Program-made: the position numbers and the translations under genes
The notes under the pieces: generated by a model
What the model was told of the DNA's origin: nothing
Database searches by the model: none
Seen by the model: only the letters and a program-made list of their open reading frames with translations
Origin: Minisyncoccota bacterium
Lineage (GTDB): Bacteria > Patescibacteriota > Minisyncoccia > Phycocordibacterales > PALSA-1337
Length of the DNA: 64,000 nucleotides
NCBI GenBank assembly: GCA_041671485.1
Contig: JBAZBL010000005.1
Location: 19,296-83,295 of the forward strand
Direction of reading: 5' to 3'
Shown: positions 41,301 through 51,909 of the stretch, in pieces
Numbering within the stretch: the first letter of the stretch is position 1
How the letters are laid out: each line of letters opens with the position of its first letter

Positions 41301-42419
41301 TTACCTTGTTGCCCCAAATACCTCTTGCAACATCGCTCTAGTCATTGGTCCGACTGTGCCATAACCACTATCACCCTCTTTGGCGATCTTGTATTTGACT
41401 TGGAATTTCTGAACTGCCTTTTCTGTCAGAGACCCAAATGATGTTGTTTCATTACCTAGAGAACCAACTCCATCTACTGCAACTTTTGTATCTGCATCTG
41501 TATTCAAGAGTTGTTGCAAACGCTTCACATCATCACCACTGGCACCTTTACTCATGTTTTGGGCAAAGAATGCTCCACCTGAAACTGTGGCTGGAACAGC
41601 TGGAGTTGCCGGAACTGCAGGAGTTACGGTTGGAATAGCGGGAGTAGCAGGAATAGCTGGTGTCGCGCCTGATGTTCCGAATACCACGCCAAGCTTCGCG
41701 CGCGTTGCTGGCCCAACTCTACCGACTTGGTCTATACCATATTTTGCTTGGAATCTTTTTACTGCACGTTCCGTGGCAGGACCAAAGTAGCCAGTAACAA
41801 GACCTTCGGGATAGAGTACCTGATCTTGCGCGAGGAGTTGCTGGAGGCGGGTAACATCAGAGTTGGTGGTACCGCGAGAGAGGTCGGTGGAGAATGTGGA
41901 TTGTATTCTGATTTGTGTAATGACTGTCGGAGTTACCATCGGGGTAGCAACCAAGGTTGCCGGGATTGGAGTTGAAGTTGTGACTGTCGAACCACCACTT
42001 GAACTAGCACCAGAAGATGATGATGAAGTGTTGGAAGATCCACTTCCACTCGACTGCGAAGTACAATAATCAGAAGAGACCGTAATGACTGCTGTTTGTG
42101 TTTCCGTCTCACTATCCGGAACTGTAATAACTAATGAATTTGTAAGCCCACATTGCTGTGTAACATAACTACTTGTTACTCCTGAGACCGTCATAACTTT
42201 TCTCATAGCAGAATCTACATGAATTGATGATCCTGCAGATACTATAACTGAGAAACTTGAGGTATCAACCACAATTGAATCAATACTAGCCGTTGAACCG
42301 CTTACCGTTAGATTATAGTCACCAATAACCACATTTTCCGCTAAACTAACATCATTGGTAGCACCAACAACTATAGGTACTGCTATAATTGCTATGACTA
42401 AATATATGTATTTGTACAT
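41301..42419 (-). CDS. secreted protein with two peptidoglycan-binding domains
   Basis: DVTRLQQLL..TGYFGPATERAVKRFQ..VGPATRA-type domain twice; Ser/Thr/Pro-rich linkers. Confidence 0.88.
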   Translation of the reverse strand: MYKYIYLVIAIIAVPIVVGATNDVSLAENVVIGDYNLTVSGSTASIDSIVVDTSSFSVIVSAGSSIHVDSAMRKVMTVSGVTSSYVTQQCGLTNSLVITVPDSETETQTAVITVSSDYCTSQSSGSGSSNTSSSSSGASSSGGSTVTTSTPIPATLVATPMVTPTVITQIRIQSTFSTDLSRGTTNSDVTRLQQLLAQDQVLYPEGLVTGYFGPATERAVKRFQAKYGIDQVGRVGPATRAKLGVVFGTSGATPAIPATPAIPTVTPAVPATPAVPATVSGGAFFAQNMSKGASGDDVKRLQQLLNTDADTKVAVDGVGSLGNETTSFGSLTEKAVQKFQVKYKIAKEGDSGYGTVGPMTRAMLQEVFGATR

Positions 42420-42435
42420 ATTAATTATTTAATAA

Positions 42436-42981
42436 TTAACGAACAATGAAGTACGAAACTGAAGTCGTGGCAAGAGCAAAAGACGAAGTAGCTACCGAGG
42501 AGTCTGATCCAAATGGAATTGCCAAGCCAACTTCAATGTATGTTGCCGTTGAAGATGCTTTGGCATAAGTCATGATTAAACCTGGTGTTCCTCCTAGACT
42601 TCCACCATCAGATGGTAATGTTACAAATACAAGATCGCCACTTGCTACATTGGCAACCGAGCACTGAAACGGCTTAGTTGATGTCGCAAGAGGAAGGTTT
42701 AATACTGTTGTAGAGAGATTGCATGTTCCCTTAAGAATTTGGCTCATCGTAGTTCCAGTTGAACCACCAACTGAAAGCAATGTCGTTGAGGCATTACCTA
42801 AGGTCGCAAGTCCAGAAACAGTTAATGTTCCACCGTCTGTTGTTGTAATATTCCCAGCCGTAGAAATATTGGTGCTAATAGTTGTTACCGCTGATGCAAC
42901 TGACACCACAAAAAATACTGAAACAACGATTGACAAAACAAAAGCTGTTTTGTTTTGTCTTAAACTCAAAAAAGTTTTCAT
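42436..42981 (-). CDS. Ser/Thr-rich secreted hypothetical protein
   Basis: Signal peptide (VASA|VTTIST); many A-S/T-S/T-S/T motifs. Confidence 0.75.
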   Translation of the reverse strand: MKTFLSLRQNKTAFVLSIVVSVFFVVSVASAVTTISTNISTAGNITTTDGGTLTVSGLATLGNASTTLLSVGGSTGTTMSQILKGTCNLSTTVLNLPLATSTKPFQCSVANVASGDLVFVTLPSDGGSLGGTPGLIMTYAKASSTATYIEVGLAIPFGSDSSVATSSFALATTSVSYFIVR

Positions 42982-43138
42982 AGTAAATTAAAAATAGAGT
43001 TATTAATTAATAATAGCTGACAAGCTATTTTAGCTCACCTGTATTATACAACCAAACAACACATTCATACTAAGAAGAACTGTGGACAACTATACGCGTA
43101 TCCCCACATATCTTCTCAATGGCTAATCTCTTGAAGAT

Positions 43139-43894
43139 TTACATACTCTTACTCTCATTTCTTAAGATGTTACTTCCTCGTCCTTGAGTAAAAACAGTGA
43201 ATCGTAATCTTATCGGTGTGATAATACCACCAATAATGATAGACAATGATATCTTTGATTGACCTTTTCTCCTTTCACGAAAAATTATTGGTACCTCAAC
43301 ACAAGAAGCGCCACAAATTTTAACGCAGTAATATTTAAATTCAATTTGATAGGCATAACCAGAATTGTAAAATCTCTTGAAATTTATATTATCCAAGATA
43401 CTTTTTCGAAAACAGACATACCCTGCAGTCAAATCTTTTATTTTCATCCCTAAAATGATCTGGCTGTAAATATTTCCCAAACAACTAAGCATTCTTCTAT
43501 ACCATTCCCAATTTTCAACCCCACCACCTTTGACATACCTTGATCCGATAATGAGATCAAAGTTATTCACCTCTTTCAACATCTCATGAATATATTTTGG
43601 ATCATGGGAGCCATCAGCGTCCATGGTTATTATATTGTCAATTCCTTTCATTGTTTTCACTCGATTCAAAGCGTCAACATAAGCAACTCCTAGTCCCTCT
43701 TTTCTACCATGTTCAAAAAGCGTGACGCGCGAGTCTCGAATCATCAATTCTTCTACGACTTTAGCAGTTCCGTCGGGTGAATTATCATCAATAATCATAA
43801 TCAAAATATCTTTTTCATATTCACGAATACGCGAAATAATATCAATTATATTATCGCATTCATTATATGTTGGGATAAGAATGATATTACTCAT
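43139..43894 (-). CDS. polyprenol monophosphomannose synthase-like GT2
   Basis: IPTYNE, DDNSPDGT, MDADGSH, IGSRYVKGG, PIIFRER. Confidence 0.92.
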   Translation of the reverse strand: MSNIILIPTYNECDNIIDIISRIREYEKDILIMIIDDNSPDGTAKVVEELMIRDSRVTLFEHGRKEGLGVAYVDALNRVKTMKGIDNIITMDADGSHDPKYIHEMLKEVNNFDLIIGSRYVKGGGVENWEWYRRMLSCLGNIYSQIILGMKIKDLTAGYVCFRKSILDNINFKRFYNSGYAYQIEFKYYCVKICGASCVEVPIIFRERRKGQSKISLSIIIGGIITPIRLRFTVFTQGRGSNILRNESKSM

Positions 43895-45594
43895 AAATGA
43901 TCTATTCGATATACCTTGAAAACAGGAATATTGTTTTTATTTTTAATAATTGTTATTTCATCCGATATTTTATCAAATCGCTCTGCAATAGTATGGCCAA
44001 GTTGATTGATCTCTATATCATTAGCTCGTATAGAATCCATAACCTGATTATCAATTGGATAAATAAAATATAATGGTTCACCCGAAACTTTCATCAAATC
44101 CTCAATATTAATAATATCTTTATTAGCGGTTGAGAGGAAGGCAGTTGAGATAACAGGCCATCGGTAATATATGAAATATCTCTGAAAATACCACATTTGC
44201 GCAAACCAATTGATCCTATCATCAAATATTACGACACTTCGACCATTTACATCATCATTGCCAAAGACAAGGTCTTCTTTTGTCTTAATTATATTCCTTT
44301 CAGGTAATTTAATGATTATTTCTTTGCGAATAAAATTATCTAGCTCATTAAATCCCAAACTATTCACCTTATTTTCTGAATACAACCAATTGGAAGTTGT
44401 GACGGGTGTCTTCAATACATTCGTATTTATTGAGTAGAACAATTCAAATAAAATAATTCCAGCTATTATGGCAAGAAATATTTTTTTTAATCCATAGCTA
44501 TTTATAGATATATAGGAATAATATACCCCAAGTCCAATAGTTATAGCAATAAACGGCACCATGATAGATAAAAACCTGACAGTACCTCCAGCAAATCCCA
44601 ATATAAGTATCAAAAATGAAGTATTAATTAATATCCAGGATTCGAAACTCTTGAAACCAAGTTTACGTATTCGAAATATAAGTAAGATGAAACAACCAAG
44701 TGCCAAAATGAGTAGAGGATAAGACATATTCTCACCTAAAGTTTTTATTATGTTTATTGTATTACTAAAAATATTGTAGTGGAGAGAACGCTCACTGATA
44801 ATCGAGAAATCCTCAGAATGTATACCAACCATAGAGGATATTGCAGCATCAAAATGACCACGATTTTGATATAAATTCAGATTGTATATGATTATTGGAG
44901 AGAGCAGTGTGATAAACAAAACAAACGCTATAGCAATATTTTTCCATTTATCTCTGAGTTCTTTTCGATATAAAAACGCATACAGAATAATTGGTGGAAT
45001 CAAAAATATAGCTGTGTATTTCGTAAGTAATGCACAAGAAAGGAATATTGCCCATATATAGATATACTTCTTATTCCTCTCCTTGAACATAAAGTATGCT
45101 CCAAATAAAACGCTACCAACAATAAAAAATTCTTCTATACCTTCTAGATATACAGCCTGTCCAACCCATACTGCATAAGAAGATACTGTGAGTGTAATAG
45201 TTGCAATTGAAGCAATAGTTCTGTTAGTTAATTGCTTTAATAGGTAATATAAAAGCCAAATAGATCCTATCCCAGCAATAATAAATGGTAATCGTGCTAC
45301 AACAGTACCTCCTCCTCCCAAAATCACAAAAAATATTTTCTGTATCAAAAATGCCAATGGTGGAGCATCGTGGAAAGACAATGTAGACCAATTTGGAATA
45401 TTTCCGAACCATTGCAGCGGAGTTGTTTGCCCACTCGTACCGAAATAATCTAGCCATCCAAAAGCACGAAATGAATTTATCGCACCATCGTTATACAAAT
45501 CACCAAATGAAATAGGAAGAAAACGAGTAATAATGATCCAAATCACTACTATCCCAATAATCATTCCTTCTTTATGTGCTTTCACGAACTCCAT
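43891..45594 (-). CDS. GT-C membrane glycosyltransferase (ArnT/PMT family)
   Basis: Multi-TM; DAPPL, ARLP, LLTKY, SPIIIYN. Confidence 0.85.
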   Translation of the reverse strand: MEFVKAHKEGMIIGIVVIWIIITRFLPISFGDLYNDGAINSFRAFGWLDYFGTSGQTTPLQWFGNIPNWSTLSFHDAPPLAFLIQKIFFVILGGGGTVVARLPFIIAGIGSIWLLYYLLKQLTNRTIASIATITLTVSSYAVWVGQAVYLEGIEEFFIVGSVLFGAYFMFKERNKKYIYIWAIFLSCALLTKYTAIFLIPPIILYAFLYRKELRDKWKNIAIAFVLFITLLSPIIIYNLNLYQNRGHFDAAISSMVGIHSEDFSIISERSLHYNIFSNTINIIKTLGENMSYPLLILALGCFILLIFRIRKLGFKSFESWILINTSFLILILGFAGGTVRFLSIMVPFIAITIGLGVYYSYISINSYGLKKIFLAIIAGIILFELFYSINTNVLKTPVTTSNWLYSENKVNSLGFNELDNFIRKEIIIKLPERNIIKTKEDLVFGNDDVNGRSVVIFDDRINWFAQMWYFQRYFIYYRWPVISTAFLSTANKDIINIEDLMKVSGEPLYFIYPIDNQVMDSIRANDIEINQLGHTIAERFDKISDEITIIKNKNNIPVFKVYRIDHL

Positions 45595-45600
45595 AGATTA

Positions 45601-46233
45601 TTATTCACCAGGAGGATACTTGGAAATGAAATACCGAGTAACATCGTTGTCACCTGTTGCTGTACCCTCATATTTGATCAAACTTGTGGTAGACGAGACC
45701 AATGATTCACCTTCATCTGTGATTATAAGATCAAATCTTGACGCCGGAAACCAGCCCAATCGAAAAGGAACTGTATGAAATATTGCTTTACCATCTAGAA
45801 TGTCTGGTTCTGTGGTTTTCTCCACGAGCAAATGGAGCAGATCGCCCGCTTCGGTAAACCGTGATAAATTGACTTTTACGATTTTACTCGTGGTAGTGGC
45901 AGTGATTGATGATATAACCTTTCCATAAAGAGCTGTGAATGTTTCCATACAGGCATCCCCAGTTCTACCCATTTCTTTCAAAATATTGTTGTTTTCAATC
46001 TTATTACACGTACTCACTATTTTGATTTTCTGTTCTGGTTCATTGGAAACAGAATACTCACCTATTGTATCTGGAAAATATTTACTGGCTCTTTTTAACT
46101 CAATCTGCTTCATAGATTCATTCGATTGTAGAAAATCTGAAATTTGCCATTTCAGAACATATCCAACAGCAAAACATGTAATTACAAATACCCCTACTAG
46201 TATAAAATAGAAGACAATTTTCTTTATATTCAT
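45601..46233 (-). CDS. hypothetical membrane-anchored protein
   Basis: N-terminal TM helix; 210 aa. Confidence 0.7.
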   Translation of the reverse strand: MNIKKIVFYFILVGVFVITCFAVGYVLKWQISDFLQSNESMKQIELKRASKYFPDTIGEYSVSNEPEQKIKIVSTCNKIENNNILKEMGRTGDACMETFTALYGKVISSITATTTSKIVKVNLSRFTEAGDLLHLLVEKTTEPDILDGKAIFHTVPFRLGWFPASRFDLIITDEGESLVSSTTSLIKYEGTATGDNDVTRYFISKYPPGE

Positions 46234-46269
46234 AATATTACAATAATAGCACCATAATTCCTACAATAC

Positions 46270-46293
46270 AAAACCGCCCTGCAGGGCGGTTTT
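46270..46293 (-). terminator. intrinsic terminator
   Basis: AAAACCGCCCTGCAGGGCGGTTTT after the 635-aa surface protein. Confidence 0.8.
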
Positions 46294-46333
46294 GTATTTC
46301 TAACTCATTACATCAACACTATCTTGAAGACTA

Positions 46334-48241
46334 CTAAATCGTAGCTGTCTTCTGTAGTGTAGCAGAATCAGTGTAGAAAGTATCAATACCCCATGTCTGA
46401 TTGGCAATTGTCAAACCACCAACCGTGGAGTCAATATCTTGCACCGCCATAAGTAATGATGTAGGACCACTCTGAACCATCGAACTTAACGATGTTAGAG
46501 TACCAGTCAAGGTAACAGTGTATGTACCCCCGTCACCAACTGTAGAATCACTTGGCGAAACTGAAACTGACTTCGTAGAGCTTGCATCTCCTACGACCAA
46601 AACAATATCCTTGTTAACCGTATAACTACTAACTGTAGTGGAAGCAAAACCAAAGTTGAAGTTACCTGCTGTTGGCTTTGTCATCGAACCACCCATTGCT
46701 GTGGCTTTGAGGACAATGACGCCAGTAATCGTGCTTGAAGCAGCATCGATTGTTCCAGTAGTCTTGCTAATACTTGTGCTTTGAAGAGTCCACTGCGGAG
46801 CAGCTGTATACAAGTACTGATCATTGCTGGAAAGGGCACTGTTTGTACTTGAAGCAGTTGTGCTATCTGGTTTTTCAAACTTGATACCTGTTGCAACAAC
46901 CGAAGTTGAAGCAGCTTGACCACCTACGGTTGAAGCAAAGTCTGCCTTAATTGTAAGTGCCTTTGTAGAATCCTGTGCAACAGGAACGGTAAGATCAGCA
47001 AATCTGACTACACCACCCGAAGTTGCAGGAGCACTAATTGATGCCAACATATTTGAACTATCATATAGGTACAATGTTGAAGGCAATCCAGCAGTTGATG
47101 TAGCATTTACAGTTATATCAATGGTCTTCAATACTGAACTACCAGTCTCTGATTTAACATTGAATACTTGCATAACTAATTTCTTGACTCCATCTGTTGT
47201 GCTAACTCTGTTTGTCGTTGACTTTGGAGTAAGACCAGAATCTGTCGTAACTGTCAAAGCTGATGTACCGGAAGTAGTAAATACTTGAACACGGCTATTG
47301 CTTGAGCCAGACATATCTGTATAAGAGCTTAGTCCTGCTCCATCAATTGCTCGGACGTTCTGAGTATTTCCTACATATCCTTGTACCGTCAAGTATCTTG
47401 ACGATTGATCTGAAGAAACACCTACTGCATCAATACTAAATGTTAATGATTTCGTTGCATTTTTTGGAACAACGAAGTTCATACCTGAAGCGATAACATA
47501 GTATCTATCAGATGAATCTTTGTTGAAATCGGCTGCGCCTAGATCCCAACTCTTGACCAAAGTTGAACCATCATAAGCATATAGCTTTCTAACAAATGTT
47601 GAAGGATTGCTTAGACTTGCTGTTGCAGATCCAACTCCTACTGCCATCTGAAGATATACACGATCAACGATCATGTCTGAACCTTGTGCTCTTACCTCAA
47701 TACCATAAACAGGAACTTGCGAAATTGTTCGAATATTTGAATCTGCGATTGGATTTGAAGCAAGTTTGGTTGTGATCAAACCTTCAGCACCTGCAGTCGT
47801 TATACCTCCACCCGTTACTGGCGTACCTCCACCAATTGGTGTGCAGATCATACCTACTGGGCACGCAACTGCAACTGGTAATGGATTGATAGGTGTACAA
47901 ATCATGCCTACTGGGCAATTCGCTGTTGCAACTACACCACCGCGAGCATTGATAGCTGCGCGAGTGAGAGGACCAACGAAGCCAGTGTTTGGAATACCGT
48001 TAGCAGCCTGATAGGCTACAACGGCAGCCTTTGTCTGTGAACCAAAGTAACCTTTGGCGGCAGCACCTGAAGTAATAGCTGGGATCTCATAAGCTTGACT
48101 CATGAGCCATGTCTGAAGAGCGACAACATCAGCACCTGTTGAACCAACTGTTAGGTTAGTATTGAAGGTGTAACCTTGCGCCGATACGATTGTGGCAAGT
48201 GCCAATACGGCAATACCAGTCGTCATAAGAATTCTTTTCAT
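46334..48241 (-). CDS. major surface/S-layer-like protein with peptidoglycan-binding domain
   Basis: Signal peptide; GYFGSQTKAAV..GFVGPLTRA; CPVGMICTP twice; Ser/Thr-rich beta domains. Confidence 0.82.
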   Translation of the reverse strand: MKRILMTTGIAVLALATIVSAQGYTFNTNLTVGSTGADVVALQTWLMSQAYEIPAITSGAAAKGYFGSQTKAAVVAYQAANGIPNTGFVGPLTRAAINARGGVVATANCPVGMICTPINPLPVAVACPVGMICTPIGGGTPVTGGGITTAGAEGLITTKLASNPIADSNIRTISQVPVYGIEVRAQGSDMIVDRVYLQMAVGVGSATASLSNPSTFVRKLYAYDGSTLVKSWDLGAADFNKDSSDRYYVIASGMNFVVPKNATKSLTFSIDAVGVSSDQSSRYLTVQGYVGNTQNVRAIDGAGLSSYTDMSGSSNSRVQVFTTSGTSALTVTTDSGLTPKSTTNRVSTTDGVKKLVMQVFNVKSETGSSVLKTIDITVNATSTAGLPSTLYLYDSSNMLASISAPATSGGVVRFADLTVPVAQDSTKALTIKADFASTVGGQAASTSVVATGIKFEKPDSTTASSTNSALSSNDQYLYTAAPQWTLQSTSISKTTGTIDAASSTITGVIVLKATAMGGSMTKPTAGNFNFGFASTTVSSYTVNKDIVLVVGDASSTKSVSVSPSDSTVGDGGTYTVTLTGTLTSLSSMVQSGPTSLLMAVQDIDSTVGGLTIANQTWGIDTFYTDSATLQKTATI

Positions 48242-48622
48242 ACGTATGTTTTGAATAATTAACGCGCTTCTCTTCTTTAATTAATAATATAAGAGAATTA
48301 ACGCGACTTGTAATCTAATAACGATCGTGCGCATGTCCGTAATGAAACGGACCGACTTGCGCACTTTCCACATTTCACTCTCTTCAATATCGAATGAAAA
48401 AAATGAAAGTTTGTGGCAAATAAAGTGACAAATAACTTTAACGATCTACGAACCTTTTGATCTGTCAAAGTTCAGAACAAACATGTAAAACGATTCGACC
48501 GCATTACACATTTGCTACACCGTATTATCGCACACATATTATGACCATACAAAATAGTCAAATTGTGGATAACTATCACAGTTTGAGGCTTTTCCCCAAA
48601 AAAGTCAAGTTCTACTAACTTT

Positions 48623-49390
48623 TTACCCAAGAGAATACCTACTCCACCTCCTCTCACCCTCTTTTTTTATAATACCCTTATTGACCATTTCAATGATTTC
48701 CCTCTGAATAGTCTTCTCGCTACAGTCTTTTATGACCTTTGAAAAGTCCTTTATTGTAAGATTTGATTTGTTCTTTAAGGCATTGATTATGCTTTGTTGT
48801 CTTTGAACTTTCTTCTCTTCTATTGCCGAATGTCCCAGAGATCCATCTGACAGTCCTTTCTTCTTCATTGAACCAGCAATATTCTTTATTCCTGAACTAT
48901 AATTACTCCTTTCGCTTGTCCTAAATCCACTTGTGAATAAACTAGGTGTTTTGAAGAATTGTTCAGATAGTACAAGACCAGCATTTTGGGCATTCTCTGA
49001 CAATCTGTCCTTCATAAGTGCAATGACCTGATCTATCTCTTTGACCAATAAGGAATGATTCATGTCCGAAATAAGGTTGGAAATTTTTGCCACATTCAAT
49101 AATGATATGGTCTCTAATGCTGCAGTAAATAAGGATTGAATGATATAATTCTTATCCCCAGGAACAGAATTTGATGCGCTAAAAGACGAAGATAATAAAT
49201 CCATTCCTTTGTCTCTTAGCTCCCATTTAATAGGTTCATCGTCCTTTAGGAGACCAGAGACAAGATACAGAGCAGCAGTTATCTTTTCTGTCTTTTTGAA
49301 TACGTATAGCAAATAATCTTCAACAGAGAAAAAACCCAATGATTTCCAGCTGATAGGGTCATTAAACTGTGGTTGATTGCTATTTGTCAT
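48623..49390 (-). CDS. helical-bundle protein with C-terminal DeoR-like wHTH
   Basis: KKTEKITAALYLVS; IKDF..CSEKTIQRE..GERRWSRY. Confidence 0.72.
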   Translation of the reverse strand: MTNSNQPQFNDPISWKSLGFFSVEDYLLYVFKKTEKITAALYLVSGLLKDDEPIKWELRDKGMDLLSSSFSASNSVPGDKNYIIQSLFTAALETISLLNVAKISNLISDMNHSLLVKEIDQVIALMKDRLSENAQNAGLVLSEQFFKTPSLFTSGFRTSERSNYSSGIKNIAGSMKKKGLSDGSLGHSAIEEKKVQRQQSIINALKNKSNLTIKDFSKVIKDCSEKTIQREIIEMVNKGIIKKEGERRWSRYSLG

Positions 49391-49548
49391 ATATAAGACA
49401 AGGACTAATTTATAAAAGTCGAAATTTTAATATAAAAGTTGTCTTTTATCTAAGACTGTCCTTTACTAAAGGTCATGTAAAAATTCAATGTCTCTTATAT
49501 GTCCATTATAGTTATAAAAGAGAAAGACGCAAGTAGATATTTCTGTTG

Positions 49549-49630
49549 TGTCATCCCCGCGAAAGCGGGGATCCATGTAATGCTAACAAATCTTTGATAG
49601 ACATGGATCCTCGCTTTCGTGAGGATGACA
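49549..49630 (+). repeat. REP-like palindromic doublet
   Basis: TGTCATCCCCGCGAAAGCGGGGATCCATGT ... ACATGGATCCTCGCTTTCGTGAGGATGACA. Confidence 0.85.
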
Positions 49631-49689
49631 AGATGACACACATAACTAACTTTCATATGGATGACACAATGTGATATCATTATTGAATA

Positions 49690-51909
49690 ATGGCAAAAAA
49701 GAAGGACTTTGTTTTAAATCAAAAGAAAAATTTTGGAGGAATAAAAAGTGAAACATTGCGTGCAATATTCGCTATATTTTCTTTTCTTCTTACCCTCCTT
49801 TCTATCATGTCTGCTTTTGGGAAAGCTGGTATGGTAGGAGAATATTCATTTGTATTTTTATCAAGACTATTTGGCATAGGTTACTACCTCATACCTATTA
49901 TATTGATAATGATGGGTATTGCTTCTTTGCGTGGTATAGATAAAAAGTTTGGTCTACTAAAGACTGGAAGTGCCTTTGTATTTTTTGTATCTGGTCTAGG
50001 ATTGATACATGTGATCAGTAACAATTCTGGTGGAATCGTAGGAAAGTGGATATCTATTCCCTTTTTGAAATTGATAGATATTTGGGCAACAACAGCACTC
50101 TTGCTTGCTCTTGCAATAGCTTGTGTATTTGTAATATTTGAGGCACATATTACAGGAGAACAATTGAAATTCTGGAAATGGTTCAAAAGACAAGAAAATA
50201 AGATAAATACAGAAATTGATGAAAGGGAGGAAGAGAAAGTCAAACAAGCAATGATGTCAATTGATGGTATCAAAACCAATCCATCTGTTCAGCAAGGAAC
50301 AGAAAACAATAAAATGCAGATCAAAAAAGGAGATAAGATTGATTTTGATGATAGTGGATTTACTCTCGTCACACAAGCACCACTCTTGAGGCCATTCAAT
50401 CCACCTCCTCTTTCCCTTTTGGAAAAAGATAGTGGCAAACCAGAAACTGGAGATATAAAAGCGAATGCAAATATAATAAAGCGAACACTACAGAACTTTG
50501 GTATTACAGTTGAAATGGATGAAATATCTATAGGTCCATCTGTAACTAGATATGCTCTAAAGCCAGCTGAAGGAGTGAAGCTATCCCGCATAGTAGCATT
50601 GAACAATGACCTATCTCTCGCCCTTGCTGCTCATCCTATCAGGATAGAGGCTCCTATACCCGGAAAATCTTTGGTTGGTATAGAAGTACCAAATACAGCA
50701 AAAACTACCGTTGGTCTAGCCACCATTCTTGGATCATCCAATTTCAAGGATTCAGAAAAGCCACTCCTTGTATCACTAGGCAAAGATATAACTGGACTAG
50801 CTCATTTCTGCAATCTAGGGAAAGCACCTCATATGTTGATAGCGGGCGCTACTGGTTCGGGCAAATCTGTTGCTATTCATGCACTTATAACTTCACTTCT
50901 TTATCGCAATTCACCAGACAATCTCAAATTGATACTGATCGATCCAAAGCGCGTAGAATTGACCATGTACAATAAGATTCCACATCTACTTACTCCTGTC
51001 ATAACAGATCCAAAGAAAGCAATTCTTGCTTTAAAGTGGGCCGCGAAAGAGATGAGCAGGCGTTATGATGTATTAGAAAAGAATGCGGCTAGAGACATTG
51101 ATTCATATCATAGAAATATATTGATACCAGCAATCAAAAAAAATAGCAATTCTGATTCATCTTCTCTACCGGAGACAATGCCATATATTGCGATCATAAT
51201 AGATGAGCTTGCAGATATAATGCAGGCATATCCACGAGAATTGGAATCTGCAATAGTTCGTCTAGCACAAATGAGTCGAGCAGTAGGTATCCATCTCGTA
51301 CTTTCGACACAAAGACCAAGTGTCAATGTAATCACGGGTCTTATAAAAGCTAATATTCCGACACGTGTAGCAATGCAAGTCGCTTCACAGATAGATTCTA
51401 GGACAATACTAGACCAAATGGGTGCTGAAAAGCTTCTAGGTGCTGGAGACATGCTGTACTTGGGCGCAGAAATGTCCAAACCAATCAGATTGCAATCTGC
51501 CTTTATTTCAGAGACCGAAGTCAAACACGTAGTAAAATATCTTGCCGATCAATACAGAGATGAAATTATGAGTGAGATCAATCTCACACCAGGAGATGGA
51601 TCAATGCCTGCTAGTGGAGCTGTATTCGATGCTATGCTTGATTCAGAATCATTGGATGATGGTGATGGTGATGATCTGTACGAAGGGGCTCGTGAAGTAG
51701 TATTGGCGGCTGGAAAGGCATCTACATCATATCTACAGAGAAAGCTTGGTGTTGGCTATTCAAGGGCTGCCAAACTCATGGATATGCTAGAGGAGAAAGG
51801 AGTCATAGGTCCTGCAAACGGTTCCAAACCCAGAGACGTAATGGGTGTATCAGAAGAAAATATAGAAACAAATGCAATTGACTCGGACGACAATACAGAG
51901 ACTGTTTAA
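49690..51909 (+). CDS. ftsK: DNA translocase FtsK
   Basis: N-terminal TMs; IAGATGSGKS, IDPKRVE, IDELAD, TQRPS; gamma domain STSYLQRKLGVGYSRAA. Confidence 0.97.
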   Translation: MAKKKDFVLNQKKNFGGIKSETLRAIFAIFSFLLTLLSIMSAFGKAGMVGEYSFVFLSRLFGIGYYLIPIILIMMGIASLRGIDKKFGLLKTGSAFVFFVSGLGLIHVISNNSGGIVGKWISIPFLKLIDIWATTALLLALAIACVFVIFEAHITGEQLKFWKWFKRQENKINTEIDEREEEKVKQAMMSIDGIKTNPSVQQGTENNKMQIKKGDKIDFDDSGFTLVTQAPLLRPFNPPPLSLLEKDSGKPETGDIKANANIIKRTLQNFGITVEMDEISIGPSVTRYALKPAEGVKLSRIVALNNDLSLALAAHPIRIEAPIPGKSLVGIEVPNTAKTTVGLATILGSSNFKDSEKPLLVSLGKDITGLAHFCNLGKAPHMLIAGATGSGKSVAIHALITSLLYRNSPDNLKLILIDPKRVELTMYNKIPHLLTPVITDPKKAILALKWAAKEMSRRYDVLEKNAARDIDSYHRNILIPAIKKNSNSDSSSLPETMPYIAIIIDELADIMQAYPRELESAIVRLAQMSRAVGIHLVLSTQRPSVNVITGLIKANIPTRVAMQVASQIDSRTILDQMGAEKLLGAGDMLYLGAEMSKPIRLQSAFISETEVKHVVKYLADQYRDEIMSEINLTPGDGSMPASGAVFDAMLDSESLDDGDGDDLYEGAREVVLAAGKASTSYLQRKLGVGYSRAAKLMDMLEEKGVIGPANGSKPRDVMGVSEENIETNAIDSDDNTETV

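Noticed and set aside
41575-41670. PATP/PAIP repeats as a DNA repeat element
   Set aside because: Low-complexity protein linker with divergent codons
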